Source of the DNA: Escherichia phage vB_EcoM_TH18
Length of the DNA stretch: 64,000 nt
Direction: 5' to 3' (one strand)
Sequence record: ON075799
Both the position numbers and the translations under genes were made by a program. Numbering within the stretch: the stretch's first letter is position 1; each line of letters begins with the position of its first letter. This document shows positions 25,687 through 34,562 of this stretch, one piece after another. The notes beneath the pieces were generated by a model that saw only the letters and a program-made list of their open reading frames with translations, was not told the origin of the DNA and did not search any database.

Positions 25687-26310
25687 TCATCGTATAATTT
25701 CGCCTCGGAAAACTGTCTCTTGCTCCTGAAGATGCCTTGTCATGTAGTCTTTGATCCGATCATCAACCCATTTAATACGTTCTGGGTTGGTGTGGCAATT
25801 AGCGTTGGTACTTTCCAACCAGTAAGCCGCCTGGTCCGTGGCGAATGGAAAATTCAATGGACGACCCGCAGCTACGAATTGTGCTTGCATCTCCCGAAGT
25901 AAGTTATCCCTTTCTCGCCATGACCAGCGCCATTCTGCATAAGCCTTCAGATTGTTTTTCAGGCCTGTCTGTGTTGAAAACTTATACCCTAAATATTTGT
26001 CAGGGTCATTAAGCCATTTCTGGTAAGCCGTGTAAAACTCATACAGTTTTTCACTTGAAACTTTTATCTTTGTTGCCTGTGTGGGTGGCAGAGGCAGATA
26101 TCTCCAGTGTGTTGGTTCACACACAATACGCGTGTCATCGTGGTAAGCATACTGAAACACACCTTGCCCAATATGAGCACCAACAAACATTTCTTTAGTG
26201 TCTGAACAGAACACCAGAACATCTACAAAATCTTGTGGTAACTTATCGGAACACATTGCCCATGTATCTTGATGATAGGTTTTTAATTCCGCAAAAAATT
26301 TATTTTCCAT
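25687..26310 (-). CDS. hypothetical protein (207 aa from internal ATG)
   Basis: Internal ATG at 26310 with GAGGG ribosome-binding site; avoids overlap with the upstream gene. Confidence 0.5.
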   Translation of the reverse strand: MENKFFAELKTYHQDTWAMCSDKLPQDFVDVLVFCSDTKEMFVGAHIGQGVFQYAYHDDTRIVCEPTHWRYLPLPPTQATKIKVSSEKLYEFYTAYQKWLNDPDKYLGYKFSTQTGLKNNLKAYAEWRWSWRERDNLLREMQAQFVAAGRPLNFPFATDQAAYWLESTNANCHTNPERIKWVDDRIKDYMTRHLQEQETVFRGEIIR

Positions 26311-26312
26311 AC

Positions 26313-26558
26313 CTACACCCTCAAAAATAAGGAAAACAGACAGGCAATCCCACCGAATACACTGACGCAACTTAGAAGAATACCCCTGAGCCTTTTCCAA
26401 CCTTTAACAGAGGCACTTTCCCAGAGTCCACTGACTGCCAATACGAAATTGGCAATCCCAAGAAAGGCTAGTAGTAAATTTAATAGTATATCCATTATCG
26501 GCATCACCCAAACCACATTACTATCCCCAGTACCACGAAAAGAAACCCAAGTAAACAA
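26313..26558 (-). CDS. small membrane protein (81 aa or shorter)
   Basis: Two hydrophobic segments. Confidence 0.4.
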   Translation of the reverse strand: MFTWVSFRGTGDSNVVWVMPIMDILLNLLLAFLGIANFVLAVSGLWESASVKGWKRLRGILLSCVSVFGGIACLFSLFLRV

Positions 26559-26860
26559 AAGGAGGTCATTCTCTCTTTCTTTTTAAACTCTTTTGTTGGG
26601 TTGTAATTTTCCTGTTTTAATACAAGGTTCTCATCATACCAAGTAATCCGTTGCCCGTTCAGGTTATAATACCGCTTATGAAGCTGCACAGCTTTTTTGG
26701 CAATATCTCCTGTTGGGTATGGGTTTGAGTACATGGCATCGCCATCATCTGAAACTACTGTTTGATTTATCGCATTACCATCGTAGTACACTTCCCAGCA
26801 GGATTTAGTTATAACCCCATCAACCATGTCTTCTATGTGGTATATATTGTACTTGCTCAT
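26504..26860 (-). CDS. hypothetical protein with C-terminal transmembrane anchor (118 aa)
   Basis: Hydrophobic C-terminus. Confidence 0.45.
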   Translation of the reverse strand: MSKYNIYHIEDMVDGVITKSCWEVYYDGNAINQTVVSDDGDAMYSNPYPTGDIAKKAVQLHKRYYNLNGQRITWYDENLVLKQENYNPTKEFKKKERMTSFCLLGFLFVVLGIVMWFG

Positions 26861-27210
26861 ACGTACTCTTTTATCTCCTGGATTGCATCTTTCGATAGCC
26901 AGTTATCAACAGGAATACTACTGAAATCCTTGTGCCCCTCCCTATGGTCAAGGGGACATATATCCTCTGGCACTTTAAAATGAATGCCTTCGATATCGTA
27001 ATAGTTTCCGTCTATAAGGGTATAGACGTGTCCTTGTATCCTGCTATAGCATATTTGTGCTTGTGGAAAAATGTGTTTAAGTACTAATGCCACCTGGTAG
27101 CACTTTCCATTCTGACCAACCCACACACTATCTACTTGTGGTGGGAAAATATCTCTGATTTTTCTTATCAAAGATGTTATATGGTTCTCTACACAACCTG
27201 CCATACTCAT
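26857..27210 (-). CDS. hypothetical protein (117 aa)
   Basis: ORF with 4-bp overlap coupling to the downstream gene. Confidence 0.5.
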   Translation of the reverse strand: MSMAGCVENHITSLIRKIRDIFPPQVDSVWVGQNGKCYQVALVLKHIFPQAQICYSRIQGHVYTLIDGNYYDIEGIHFKVPEDICPLDHREGHKDFSSIPVDNWLSKDAIQEIKEYV

Positions 27211-27503
27211 CGCCTTGTTTTTAGCAGTGCCTTGAAAAATTTTCTCGCTGCTTTTTCTGCTTGCCCCTTACGAGAAAACTCATTCTCTCTGAATCTCCAT
27301 TTCCCAGTGTCCTCGTCCTTCCAGACTTCTGTGTCAAGGAAATCAAGGATAGTCATCTTGTCTATGTACATAGTGCTTGGAATCATTCCAATATCCTCAT
27401 CTGTAAACCAGTATTTTATAACTCCGTTATAGACTTCTCGGAGGTACTCTCTACGATCATTACCAGAAATCATATTTTTCCCTGATAGCTGCTCCCAGTC
27501 CAA
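27207..27503 (-). CDS. hypothetical protein (98 aa)
   Basis: ORF only. Confidence 0.45.
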   Translation of the reverse strand: MDWEQLSGKNMISGNDRREYLREVYNGVIKYWFTDEDIGMIPSTMYIDKMTILDFLDTEVWKDEDTGKWRFRENEFSRKGQAEKAARKFFKALLKTRR

Positions 27504-27645
27504 TACCGATAGCTAATAATACTGCCACAGTGATCAACCAAAAGAGATAAGCATTGCCAAAAATGGTTGTTGGAAACACAACAATGAACAAAACAAGCAG
27601 TACGACAGGAACCCCGATACACAAATTCTTCAGCACTTCCTTCAT
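27460..27645 (-). CDS. small membrane protein (61 aa)
   Basis: Two hydrophobic segments. Confidence 0.4.
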   Translation of the reverse strand: MKEVLKNLCIGVPVVLLVLFIVVFPTTIFGNAYLFWLITVAVLLAIGIGLGAAIREKYDFW

Positions 27646-27647
27646 AA

Positions 27648-27968
27648 TTACAAACTATCCTCTTTCTTTGGTAAAGGTTTAAAGCATGGCGGTAATTCAC
27701 CACCTAACGACCAACGTAGAAGATAATTATATCCTGGAAGTCTCTTGATACCGCCTTCTCCTTTATACACCCACGGAACAAGCGTAGATTCAAATTTTCT
27801 CTTGCCTGTCTTTGACTCATACAATAGCCACATACCTTTGGTATTGGTTCCTGTATCCGTCCAGTTTATCTGCCACTCTGATGTTCCCACTAATTCGAAA
27901 TTGTCTGTTTCTTTCTTTTTCTTAAACCATCCAAACATTACTCTATCCTTACTGATACATATCGCCAT
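27648..27968 (-). CDS. hypothetical protein (106 aa)
   Basis: ORF only. Confidence 0.45.
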   Translation of the reverse strand: MAICISKDRVMFGWFKKKKETDNFELVGTSEWQINWTDTGTNTKGMWLLYESKTGKRKFESTLVPWVYKGEGGIKRLPGYNYLLRWSLGGELPPCFKPLPKKEDSL

Positions 27969-28095
27969 GTTCTTTTGTAATATTCTACAGTTTCCTTCAG
28001 TTTGTCAAGAGGTACTTTGGTTTTCAACACCCACCAGTTTCCCAAGTATTCGGCAGAACATGCACTCATCCTGCCACATATGGTATACGTTGCCA

Positions 28096-28296
28096 CTACA
28101 TCCTCCACGTTAGTTTCTGAGCGATCTCTAACAAGGCATCTATCTTGTGCATATACTCTTTCCTTTTCTCACTACCAGGAGGGAATTGGTCTCTCGTTTG
28201 CATCAAGGTTTTTATCTCTTCAGACAGATGATTAAGGATTTCAACGCGCTCACGTTTTCGACCTAGTTGCTCAATTTCTTTATCACGACAATTCAT
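28096..28296 (-). CDS. hypothetical protein (66 aa)
   Basis: ORF, divergent from the plus-strand gene at 28376. Confidence 0.4.
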   Translation of the reverse strand: MNCRDKEIEQLGRKRERVEILNHLSEEIKTLMQTRDQFPPGSEKRKEYMHKIDALLEIAQKLTWRM

Positions 28297-28375
28297 AATA
28301 CACCCTACAGTGTTGTCAAACTATGAGAGTATGATAATATATGGTGCAACAACTTACAATAGCAGGAGACGATTT

Positions 28376-28657
28376 ATGACTGTAAAAATCCCTAAAGGTG
28401 GCAGACCAGATAGAAATGCATGTGACATGCGTGTAAGGGTAGGGAGAATGTGTCTAATTTATGGAATAACTTATCCACCAATGGTGCGACTTAATGGTAA
28501 AATATGTAAGGTCATCGACATACCAAAAGATAACACAACACGCTTCTTGTGCAAGGTCAAAGATGAAGAGAAGGTTTTTAACATCCCACACAAAAACCTA
28601 ACAGTTTTGGATCTTAATGACAACATTGTTATCTCTAAATACCGTTGTATAAGCTAA
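28376..28657 (+). CDS. hypothetical protein (93 aa); lone plus-strand gene inside the minus-strand block
   Basis: Own promoter TTGTCA-16-TAATAT (about 28312-28345), AGGAG ribosome-binding site, and a bidirectional terminator downstream. Confidence 0.45.
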   Translation: MTVKIPKGGRPDRNACDMRVRVGRMCLIYGITYPPMVRLNGKICKVIDIPKDNTTRFLCKVKDEEKVFNIPHKNLTVLDLNDNIVISKYRCIS

Positions 28658-28660
28658 CAT

Positions 28661-28684
28661 AAAAGCCCCGCATGGGGCTTTTAT
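28661..28684. terminator. bidirectional rho-independent terminator (AAAA-gcccc-gcat-ggggc-TTTT)
   Basis: Hairpin flanked by an A-run and a T-run, between convergent genes. Confidence 0.7.
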
Positions 28685-28686
28685 GT

Positions 28687-29490
28687 TTATTCAAAATCAT
28701 CAACACCACTATCGGTAAGGTTTTCTCTGCTTGAAGGTTTTGTCGAAAGAACTTGCTCAAGCAGAGAGGAAAATTTCTGCAAATTACTTACAGAAGAAGT
28801 ACCTGCTGCCATGGCAAGCATATCCACTTCTTTTTCGGTAGGTTGAGCCCAGTCTAGAAACATCTCTTTCATGTACAACGTTGATGACCCTATTGGTGTG
28901 GCGAGGTCAACCCTATCAGCATAGATCCAGAAAAGAACCTCTTTCTCTATACATACACACAAAGCAGCACCCAACGAGTATCCTGTAACGATGGATGGAT
29001 ATCTTGCAACGAGGATCTCGACATTCAGGTCATCCCAGTGAAATACAACACCCAAATACTTCATACCCACAATGTCTTCCACTGCGGGTTTTAGCTCCTC
29101 ATGGGAAGAAAGGGAGTCATAGTTAATATTCTTTATGAATTTAAGAACGTCTTGGCGGTTGTAGGCACAATCGTTATCACCTTGCTTCCAATAACCCCAA
29201 AATGAAGTCGATAAATTCAACCAAAAACTTGCAGTTGTCCCTAATGTCTCAGCCAGTTTTTCAGCCACATCTTCTGATACTTCTTCCATGTTATAAAGGA
29301 TGGTTCTCAACTTATTTACCGGTATACCAGATTTGTCGGCAAGATCATCCACACACCAACCTAATGGATCTAGATATTCGTGGATAATAACCTCACCTGG
29401 TGATACTGGTGCTCTTTCTTTTAACATTCTTGCTCCTCTATCTATATCAGAAAACCCTGCAAAGCAGCAGGGTTCTGTCACTCTTAACAC
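28687..29490 (-). CDS. HigA/XRE-type helix-turn-helix domain protein with about 170-aa C-terminal domain of unknown function
   Basis: N-terminal segment SPGEVIIHEYLDPLGW...IPVNKLRTILYN...AEKLAETLGTTASFWLNLST matches the remembered HigA-antitoxin helix-turn-helix pattern. Confidence 0.55.
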   Translation of the reverse strand: MLRVTEPCCFAGFSDIDRGARMLKERAPVSPGEVIIHEYLDPLGWCVDDLADKSGIPVNKLRTILYNMEEVSEDVAEKLAETLGTTASFWLNLSTSFWGYWKQGDNDCAYNRQDVLKFIKNINYDSLSSHEELKPAVEDIVGMKYLGVVFHWDDLNVEILVARYPSIVTGYSLGAALCVCIEKEVLFWIYADRVDLATPIGSSTLYMKEMFLDWAQPTEKEVDMLAMAAGTSSVSNLQKFSSLLEQVLSTKPSSRENLTDSGVDDFE

Positions 29491-29687
29491 TTAGGTGAGC
29501 ATTTATCGCACGAACATGAAATTCCGTGGAAACACAATCCTGTCCCGTCTTTCTTGACCCCTGTTCCACCACACTGGGGACAACTATCGTGTAAACATTT
29601 TGTTTTTGTTGTCTCCTCTTTATCTTTATTAAAGAGGTTTTTCATAATCATTTTCTGTTGTTCAATCGTAAACATTTGCGTCCCCAA
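29484..29687 (-). CDS. Cys-rich small protein (67 aa, zinc-finger-like)
   Basis: C-x2-C and repeated Cys pairs (CPQCGG ... CFHGISCSCDKCSPKC). Confidence 0.45.
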   Translation of the reverse strand: MGTQMFTIEQQKMIMKNLFNKDKEETTKTKCLHDSCPQCGGTGVKKDGTGLCFHGISCSCDKCSPKC

Positions 29688-29968
29688 AATCTTTCAAGTG
29701 CTTCTGCCTCTTCCATGTTCGGGAAGATACCGTAGAAACAGAACTTACCTTTAGAGAAGTACGGAATAAATACCCGCCCATCACTGGTTTCAAACATCTT
29801 ATCAAAATTTGGTAGCTTCAGGTGTGATTTTATAGCCTCTTTAATACTTTTATCCCATTGATGCTGCCATTTACAGGCTTTTAGGTATTCACTAATATTG
29901 TAAGAACCTACTCTCCTCAAAATACTGGTGAGAAACTTTTTGTTTTTACGAATAATCTTCTTTTTCAC
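29648..29968 (-). CDS. hypothetical protein (106 aa); paralog of 29946-30251
   Basis: Shares N-terminal MKKK(I/L)xRxNKxFL(T/S) with the adjacent gene. Confidence 0.5.
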   Translation of the reverse strand: MKKKIIRKNKKFLTSILRRVGSYNISEYLKACKWQHQWDKSIKEAIKSHLKLPNFDKMFETSDGRVFIPYFSKGKFCFYGIFPNMEEAEALERFWGRKCLRLNNRK

Positions 29969-30251
29969 TCAAAAGCCTCATTTCTTCAAACTGCTCTGGT
30001 GTCAATAAACTTGTTCCTACACGACTGCCATTACCACACATAAGAGGTACGGCAATCATATGGCTATCCTTTTCTGCATTACCTAAATCAAGGTACTCCC
30101 CATAACGTTTGATAAGTCGAATGCTCATTTTTGAATTAGCTAAAGCCCTTGTGTTATAGAGATAATCCTCAAGGTACAAATGTAGATCGTTTGCCACCTT
30201 TAAAGATTTTGATAAGAATAATTTATTACGCCGTGCCAGTTTTTTCTTCAT
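29946..30251 (-). CDS. hypothetical protein (101 aa); paralog of 29648-29968
   Basis: Tandem duplicate by N-terminal similarity. Confidence 0.5.
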   Translation of the reverse strand: MKKKLARRNKLFLSKSLKVANDLHLYLEDYLYNTRALANSKMSIRLIKRYGEYLDLGNAEKDSHMIAVPLMCGNGSRVGTSLLTPEQFEEMRLLSEKEDYS

Positions 30252-30444
30252 ACACCCCTCGCTTGTGCCTGTACATTGCCAGAGGCCATACAGAACTCAC
30301 TATAAAGCATTTCCATGCCCAACCCCATGCAGTTTTTGGTGCATAGACCTGTTCAAGTGTTTTACTATTCTCCATCTCTGCGGTATGCACAAACCATACC
30401 GCAATATACAATGTAACTGTAATGTAGATAAAGCTATTAATCAT
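30226..30444 (-). CDS. small membrane protein (72 aa)
   Basis: Hydrophobic segments. Confidence 0.4.
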   Translation of the reverse strand: MINSFIYITVTLYIAVWFVHTAEMENSKTLEQVYAPKTAWGWAWKCFIVSSVWPLAMYRHKRGVYEEKTGTA

Positions 30445-31498
30445 TCATCTTATCCCAACACATTTGTTGCGCTGTCATCAAGACGTCAGCAGCAAAATCA
30501 AGGTCTGTTGACTTCGGTAAATGCGTGCTCTTGTACAGAGTGTTACGAATATAATCATCCTTCTCTTCTGCCCAAGCCAAGAGCTTCTCCAAAGACCATG
30601 CACCATTCCTGATTGCAAGAAGCTCCTGAGCATCAGGTCTTTTTACTAAGACTTTACCTTCTGCTAGGATCTCCTCAGCCATACGCATCAATCTTACCAA
30701 ATGGAGAGCATGTTTGCAATCGTACCCGTACTTTTCTTCTAAGTCATGCCGAACCAGATTTCTGTTTTTAACCCATGCCCAGTAGTTCTTATGTTTTTCC
30801 TTTGCTTGTTTATGCTCCTCTGCCAGATATTTAACAATTAAAATTGGCTTACGTCTCTTATCCTCGTCAGAGAACTGCTCGTAAGGAACTTTACGAATAG
30901 AACCATCAGAGTTAAACAAGCCAGCATTGTCGTGTGTTCCGATCACGCCATAGATATTATCACCCATGGGTAAAAAGACACACAACTTGTTAAGATCATC
31001 CAACATTTTCTGGAAGTCTTTGTGTTTTGTAAGATTATCATCCATCCACGAGTGTGTCAAGCGCATGAACTCTTTTTGTGTTGGTTGCTCTTTAGGTTGC
31101 GGGTTATTAATCCATTTATTATGGCCTTTGATACGCTTAAGTTGCGCCATCGCATACCCAGAAAAAGTAAAAGCAACTTTGCTGGATAGGAGTTTTGGCG
31201 CTTGCTCGCGTAGGTACTCGTAAACATCTGAAGTTTGCAGAATGTCACCTCTATCAACAAACATAAGCTCGATGATGTTTGGGTTCATATCAACGAACAA
31301 CTTCATGTAGTTTGTTAGCTCATACAGCTTACCATCCTCTTCATCAATAAGGGTCATTTCTCTGTCAACGAAAAATGGGGTAAGAATGCTTTTAGGCTCT
31401 GCACAATAAATTCCGCGAATATCCACATCGGATGTTGGTAAGTTAGTTCCATATGCAATGCTGCCGGAGTAACAGCGCATTAGTTCTAGTTTCTTCAT
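30437..31498 (-). CDS. nucleotidyltransferase-fold protein (Pol-beta superfamily, GS...DxD motif), 353 aa
   Basis: N-terminal YSGSIAYGTNLPTSDVDIRGIY matches the minimal nucleotidyltransferase signature; substrate unknown. Confidence 0.5.
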   Translation of the reverse strand: MKKLELMRCYSGSIAYGTNLPTSDVDIRGIYCAEPKSILTPFFVDREMTLIDEEDGKLYELTNYMKLFVDMNPNIIELMFVDRGDILQTSDVYEYLREQAPKLLSSKVAFTFSGYAMAQLKRIKGHNKWINNPQPKEQPTQKEFMRLTHSWMDDNLTKHKDFQKMLDDLNKLCVFLPMGDNIYGVIGTHDNAGLFNSDGSIRKVPYEQFSDEDKRRKPILIVKYLAEEHKQAKEKHKNYWAWVKNRNLVRHDLEEKYGYDCKHALHLVRLMRMAEEILAEGKVLVKRPDAQELLAIRNGAWSLEKLLAWAEEKDDYIRNTLYKSTHLPKSTDLDFAADVLMTAQQMCWDKMND

Positions 31499-31857
31499 TC
31501 TCGTACCTTTGTGCTTTTTCTTACATTATCCCAAAAATCAAGGATATTTTGGTATCGGATCTTGTCTTCCATATATTCAGCCTCATCACGAAGATCGCAT
31601 ACATGGTCTATTAAGGCACACACTTCATTATAGTGTTCTGTATCACTTGTGATGTGCTTAATCATACAAGATCCTGCTTTCCACTTTGAAAGTGAGTATC
31701 TCAGATTATCATCTTTCTCTGTGGGGGACGCGTCAACTAATATTTTTGCCTTATTGCCTTTTATCTTTTGTACCACCCCTCTGCGCAATTCATTATTACC
31801 CCAATAGATAAATACTGTATCGCCAACAAACAGTTTTGTTCCGCTTGCGTCTCTCAT
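31495..31857 (-). CDS. hypothetical protein (120 aa)
   Basis: ORF coupled to the downstream gene. Confidence 0.5.
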   Translation of the reverse strand: MRDASGTKLFVGDTVFIYWGNNELRRGVVQKIKGNKAKILVDASPTEKDDNLRYSLSKWKAGSCMIKHITSDTEHYNEVCALIDHVCDLRDEAEYMEDKIRYQNILDFWDNVRKSTKVRE

Positions 31858-31858
31858 T

Positions 31859-32203
31859 TTAAGACCCTAGTAAGAAGAAATAATAAATGGTTATTGCTGC
31901 AAAGTAAGTAATCCCGCTCAATAACCCAAACCAACATTGCTTGGCAGTATAAACTTTCTCTGACAAAAGATTATTCCCTGCTACAATATGCCTACACAAC
32001 CAAACTCCCATCAAGAATCCACCTATTAAGCCACCCGTCGGAGGTGTTAACATGGTGATCATTGCAAGACCTTCAAGCAAAGAGAATATTAAAAAACATG
32101 GGAATGCTTTTCTTTTACATTTAAAACCTTTTCCATCGACACAAACTTTGGCTAGGCTTGCTATGCAAAAGACCGTCCAAAGCACATACAATGTATAAAC
32201 CAT
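31859..32203 (-). CDS. membrane protein (114 aa)
   Basis: Multiple hydrophobic segments. Confidence 0.5.
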   Translation of the reverse strand: MVYTLYVLWTVFCIASLAKVCVDGKGFKCKRKAFPCFLIFSLLEGLAMITMLTPPTGGLIGGFLMGVWLCRHIVAGNNLLSEKVYTAKQCWFGLLSGITYFAAITIYYFFLLGS

Positions 32204-32267
32204 AATCCACTTAACCTTCGAATGTTAACCTCTCCTATTCTATCAGAGAGGTTTCAAAAATGATCTA

Positions 32268-32765
32268 CTACTCACCTTTTAGCTTAAAACTTTTCAACGT
32301 TTTGATAAAGTCTTTCTCTGCTGGTGTGTAAGTGTGAACTAAACCTGTTTCTTCACAGGTGTAGGTATCATTAACCTCCATTGCATGTTGAGGGATAAAT
32401 GTACCTTCAGGAACAGGCTTATATTCTGGGTTGTAGATAAACTCCGGCAGCACAACAGCCACAGCAGTCATTGCTCCATTCAAGGCTTCCTCTTCTTCAC
32501 GCCACCAAGCATATGGATAAGTTTTGAGAGGCATAAGTTGAGCAAGAAAATCTTGGAGTACTGACTGATAACCACCATTTAAAATAATGATGGTCTTATC
32601 TTTTTCTCTCCAACATTTCAACCAGTGGTGTGCGGTTAACTCCTCTGGCGCTCCTGCTGGTTGGTCATACCATGTCATGAGTTCCGCAATAGCATGTGCC
32701 GATTGGATACCTGCATGGATACCGGAGATATACTGATTAACAACACAATACATTCTTGTTTTCAT
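32268..32765 (-). CDS. hypothetical protein, possible PTH2-like peptidyl-tRNA hydrolase fold (165 aa)
   Basis: Weak motif resemblance (GIHAGIQSAHAIAE versus remembered PTH2 GKxAAQCSHAA); needs a profile search. Confidence 0.35.
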   Translation of the reverse strand: MKTRMYCVVNQYISGIHAGIQSAHAIAELMTWYDQPAGAPEELTAHHWLKCWREKDKTIIILNGGYQSVLQDFLAQLMPLKTYPYAWWREEEEALNGAMTAVAVVLPEFIYNPEYKPVPEGTFIPQHAMEVNDTYTCEETGLVHTYTPAEKDFIKTLKSFKLKGE

Positions 32766-33043
32766 TTTTCTTTCTTCCTAAAGATTATTCTATCTTCACT
32801 AAAAATTTCCTGTAACCCAGCAGCTATCAGTGCAAATATTGCTACCCACCATACAACTAACAGGAGTACCCCAACAAGCAAATCTCTACCTGTGATCTGT
32901 TGCTCAACCCTGTAGGTAATAATAAAGAAAGCTACGGATACTAAAGCACCAACAAAGAAGTAGATAAACACTTCAGTCATTATCTCTTTTCTCCAAGTAC
33001 CTTTTTTACCATAAGGGCCACAACGTAAATTCCCACAAGACAA
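32762..33043 (-). CDS. membrane protein (93 aa)
   Basis: Hydrophobic segments. Confidence 0.45.
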   Translation of the reverse strand: MSCGNLRCGPYGKKGTWRKEIMTEVFIYFFVGALVSVAFFIITYRVEQQITGRDLLVGVLLLVVWWVAIFALIAAGLQEIFSEDRIIFRKKEK

Positions 33044-33291
33044 ATCCAGAATGTGAAAATAATAGGTAAAAGCATTACCGCAAGCGTTATAAACAGTGGT
33101 CCTGCAACAGTGACGAATGCTGTTCCAAGCAACAACAAAAATACTACATATCTAACCGTTTCATCCACCTTCTTAAGATACACACCTAAACACACAGAAG
33201 ACAATAGGAATGATAGAATGGACAGCAACAGATACCAATTATCAATGAAAATGACAATTGGACTAGCAACATTTTCTAACCACCACATCAT
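32980..33291 (-). CDS. membrane protein (103 aa)
   Basis: Hydrophobic segments. Confidence 0.45.
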   Translation of the reverse strand: MMWWLENVASPIVIFIDNWYLLLSILSFLLSSVCLGVYLKKVDETVRYVVFLLLLGTAFVTVAGPLFITLAVMLLPIIFTFWICLVGIYVVALMVKKVLGEKR

Positions 33292-33305
33292 ATATTCATA
33301 CCTCT

Positions 33306-34562
33306 TTAGAATAACATATCCCTGCTAATTGCTTTACGAATAGCATCAATACGGGCTACTCGCACAGCTTCACCAATCTCTTTACCCTTCTTACCTTTTT
33401 CCAGAAGAGGGTTTGTGATAGCTTTAGAATCAACTTTTGTCATAGCGTCATAGGCTTCCAACAAAATATGACCTTGAAGGTAAGGTTTATGCCTAAAATC
33501 ACCACCTCTTCCTTTAGCATCACAATAACATGCATCTGCAAGTGTGTAAACCTTCATTTTCTGATCAGCTTGTCCAGCAGCTTCAAATATTTTCATGATG
33601 CTTTTTGGTTTCAAACCGTTGTTACCATCTGTGGGAGAGATGGCGTGCACTTTTGTGTGATTTTCTGCAACATATTTTGCCGTGTCACGATAGATATTAT
33701 AAATCTTTAACCTTTCGCACAAAGATTGGATAACATCCGCACCAGCTTTTTCATGACCATGCAAATTACCATTGTTCTTGTAAGTTACAGCTTTGCCAAA
33801 ATCATGGCAAAGCACAGCAAACTTGGTCAGTGGATCAGCTTCTAATTCATCGGCAACCCGTAACGCTAGAATTGTATGAGTGTAAGCATCCCCTTCTGGG
33901 TGGTGTTCTTTAGGTTGTTGTACACGACGCAGGGCTTCCAGTTCAGGAAGCTCGCCAATACGTCCCATATTGACAGCAAAAGATCTGAAATAATCACTCT
34001 TTAAGGCTTTCAACATTTCATTCCATTTACGCTCGGCGCTTATTTCTGCCAAAGAGTGTCGGTTGTCATAAGCCAGTTTAAAAGTCTCTGGGTGGATATG
34101 CCATTCTTCCCCAAGCTGGGCTTTAAATCTAAACAGGCGTAGAATACGTAACGGGTCTTCAATAAATGCCTGTGATGTATGACGTAATGTTTTAAGTCCT
34201 AAATCAACCTGGCCACCAAAAGGATCAATAATCTCACCACTGTCAACATCCATCGCCATGGAGTTGATGGTTAGATCTCTACGTGCCAAATCCTCTTCCA
34301 GAGTTACATCTGGGCTAAAGCATACCTCAAATCCTTTATGGCCTTCGCCTGTTTTTCTTTCTGTGCGTGCAAGAGCGTACTCTTCTTTTGTTTCTGGGTG
34401 AAGATAAACTGGAAAAGATGCGCCAACTTGTGTGAACCCTCTTTTCAACATCTCTTCATGCGTAGCTCCAACAACAACATAATCACGGTCTGATAATTCA
34501 CGACCCAATAATTTATCTCTAACCGCCCCACCTACCAAATATACCTTCATTTCTTCACCCAC
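33306..34562 (-). CDS. cca: tRNA nucleotidyltransferase (CCA-adding enzyme) with HD domain
   Basis: YLVGGAVRD and RRDLTINS motifs of class II nucleotidyltransferases; C-terminal HD-like histidines; 418 aa. Confidence 0.85.
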   Translation of the reverse strand: MGEEMKVYLVGGAVRDKLLGRELSDRDYVVVGATHEEMLKRGFTQVGASFPVYLHPETKEEYALARTERKTGEGHKGFEVCFSPDVTLEEDLARRDLTINSMAMDVDSGEIIDPFGGQVDLGLKTLRHTSQAFIEDPLRILRLFRFKAQLGEEWHIHPETFKLAYDNRHSLAEISAERKWNEMLKALKSDYFRSFAVNMGRIGELPELEALRRVQQPKEHHPEGDAYTHTILALRVADELEADPLTKFAVLCHDFGKAVTYKNNGNLHGHEKAGADVIQSLCERLKIYNIYRDTAKYVAENHTKVHAISPTDGNNGLKPKSIMKIFEAAGQADQKMKVYTLADACYCDAKGRGGDFRHKPYLQGHILLEAYDAMTKVDSKAITNPLLEKGKKGKEIGEAVRVARIDAIRKAISRDMLF

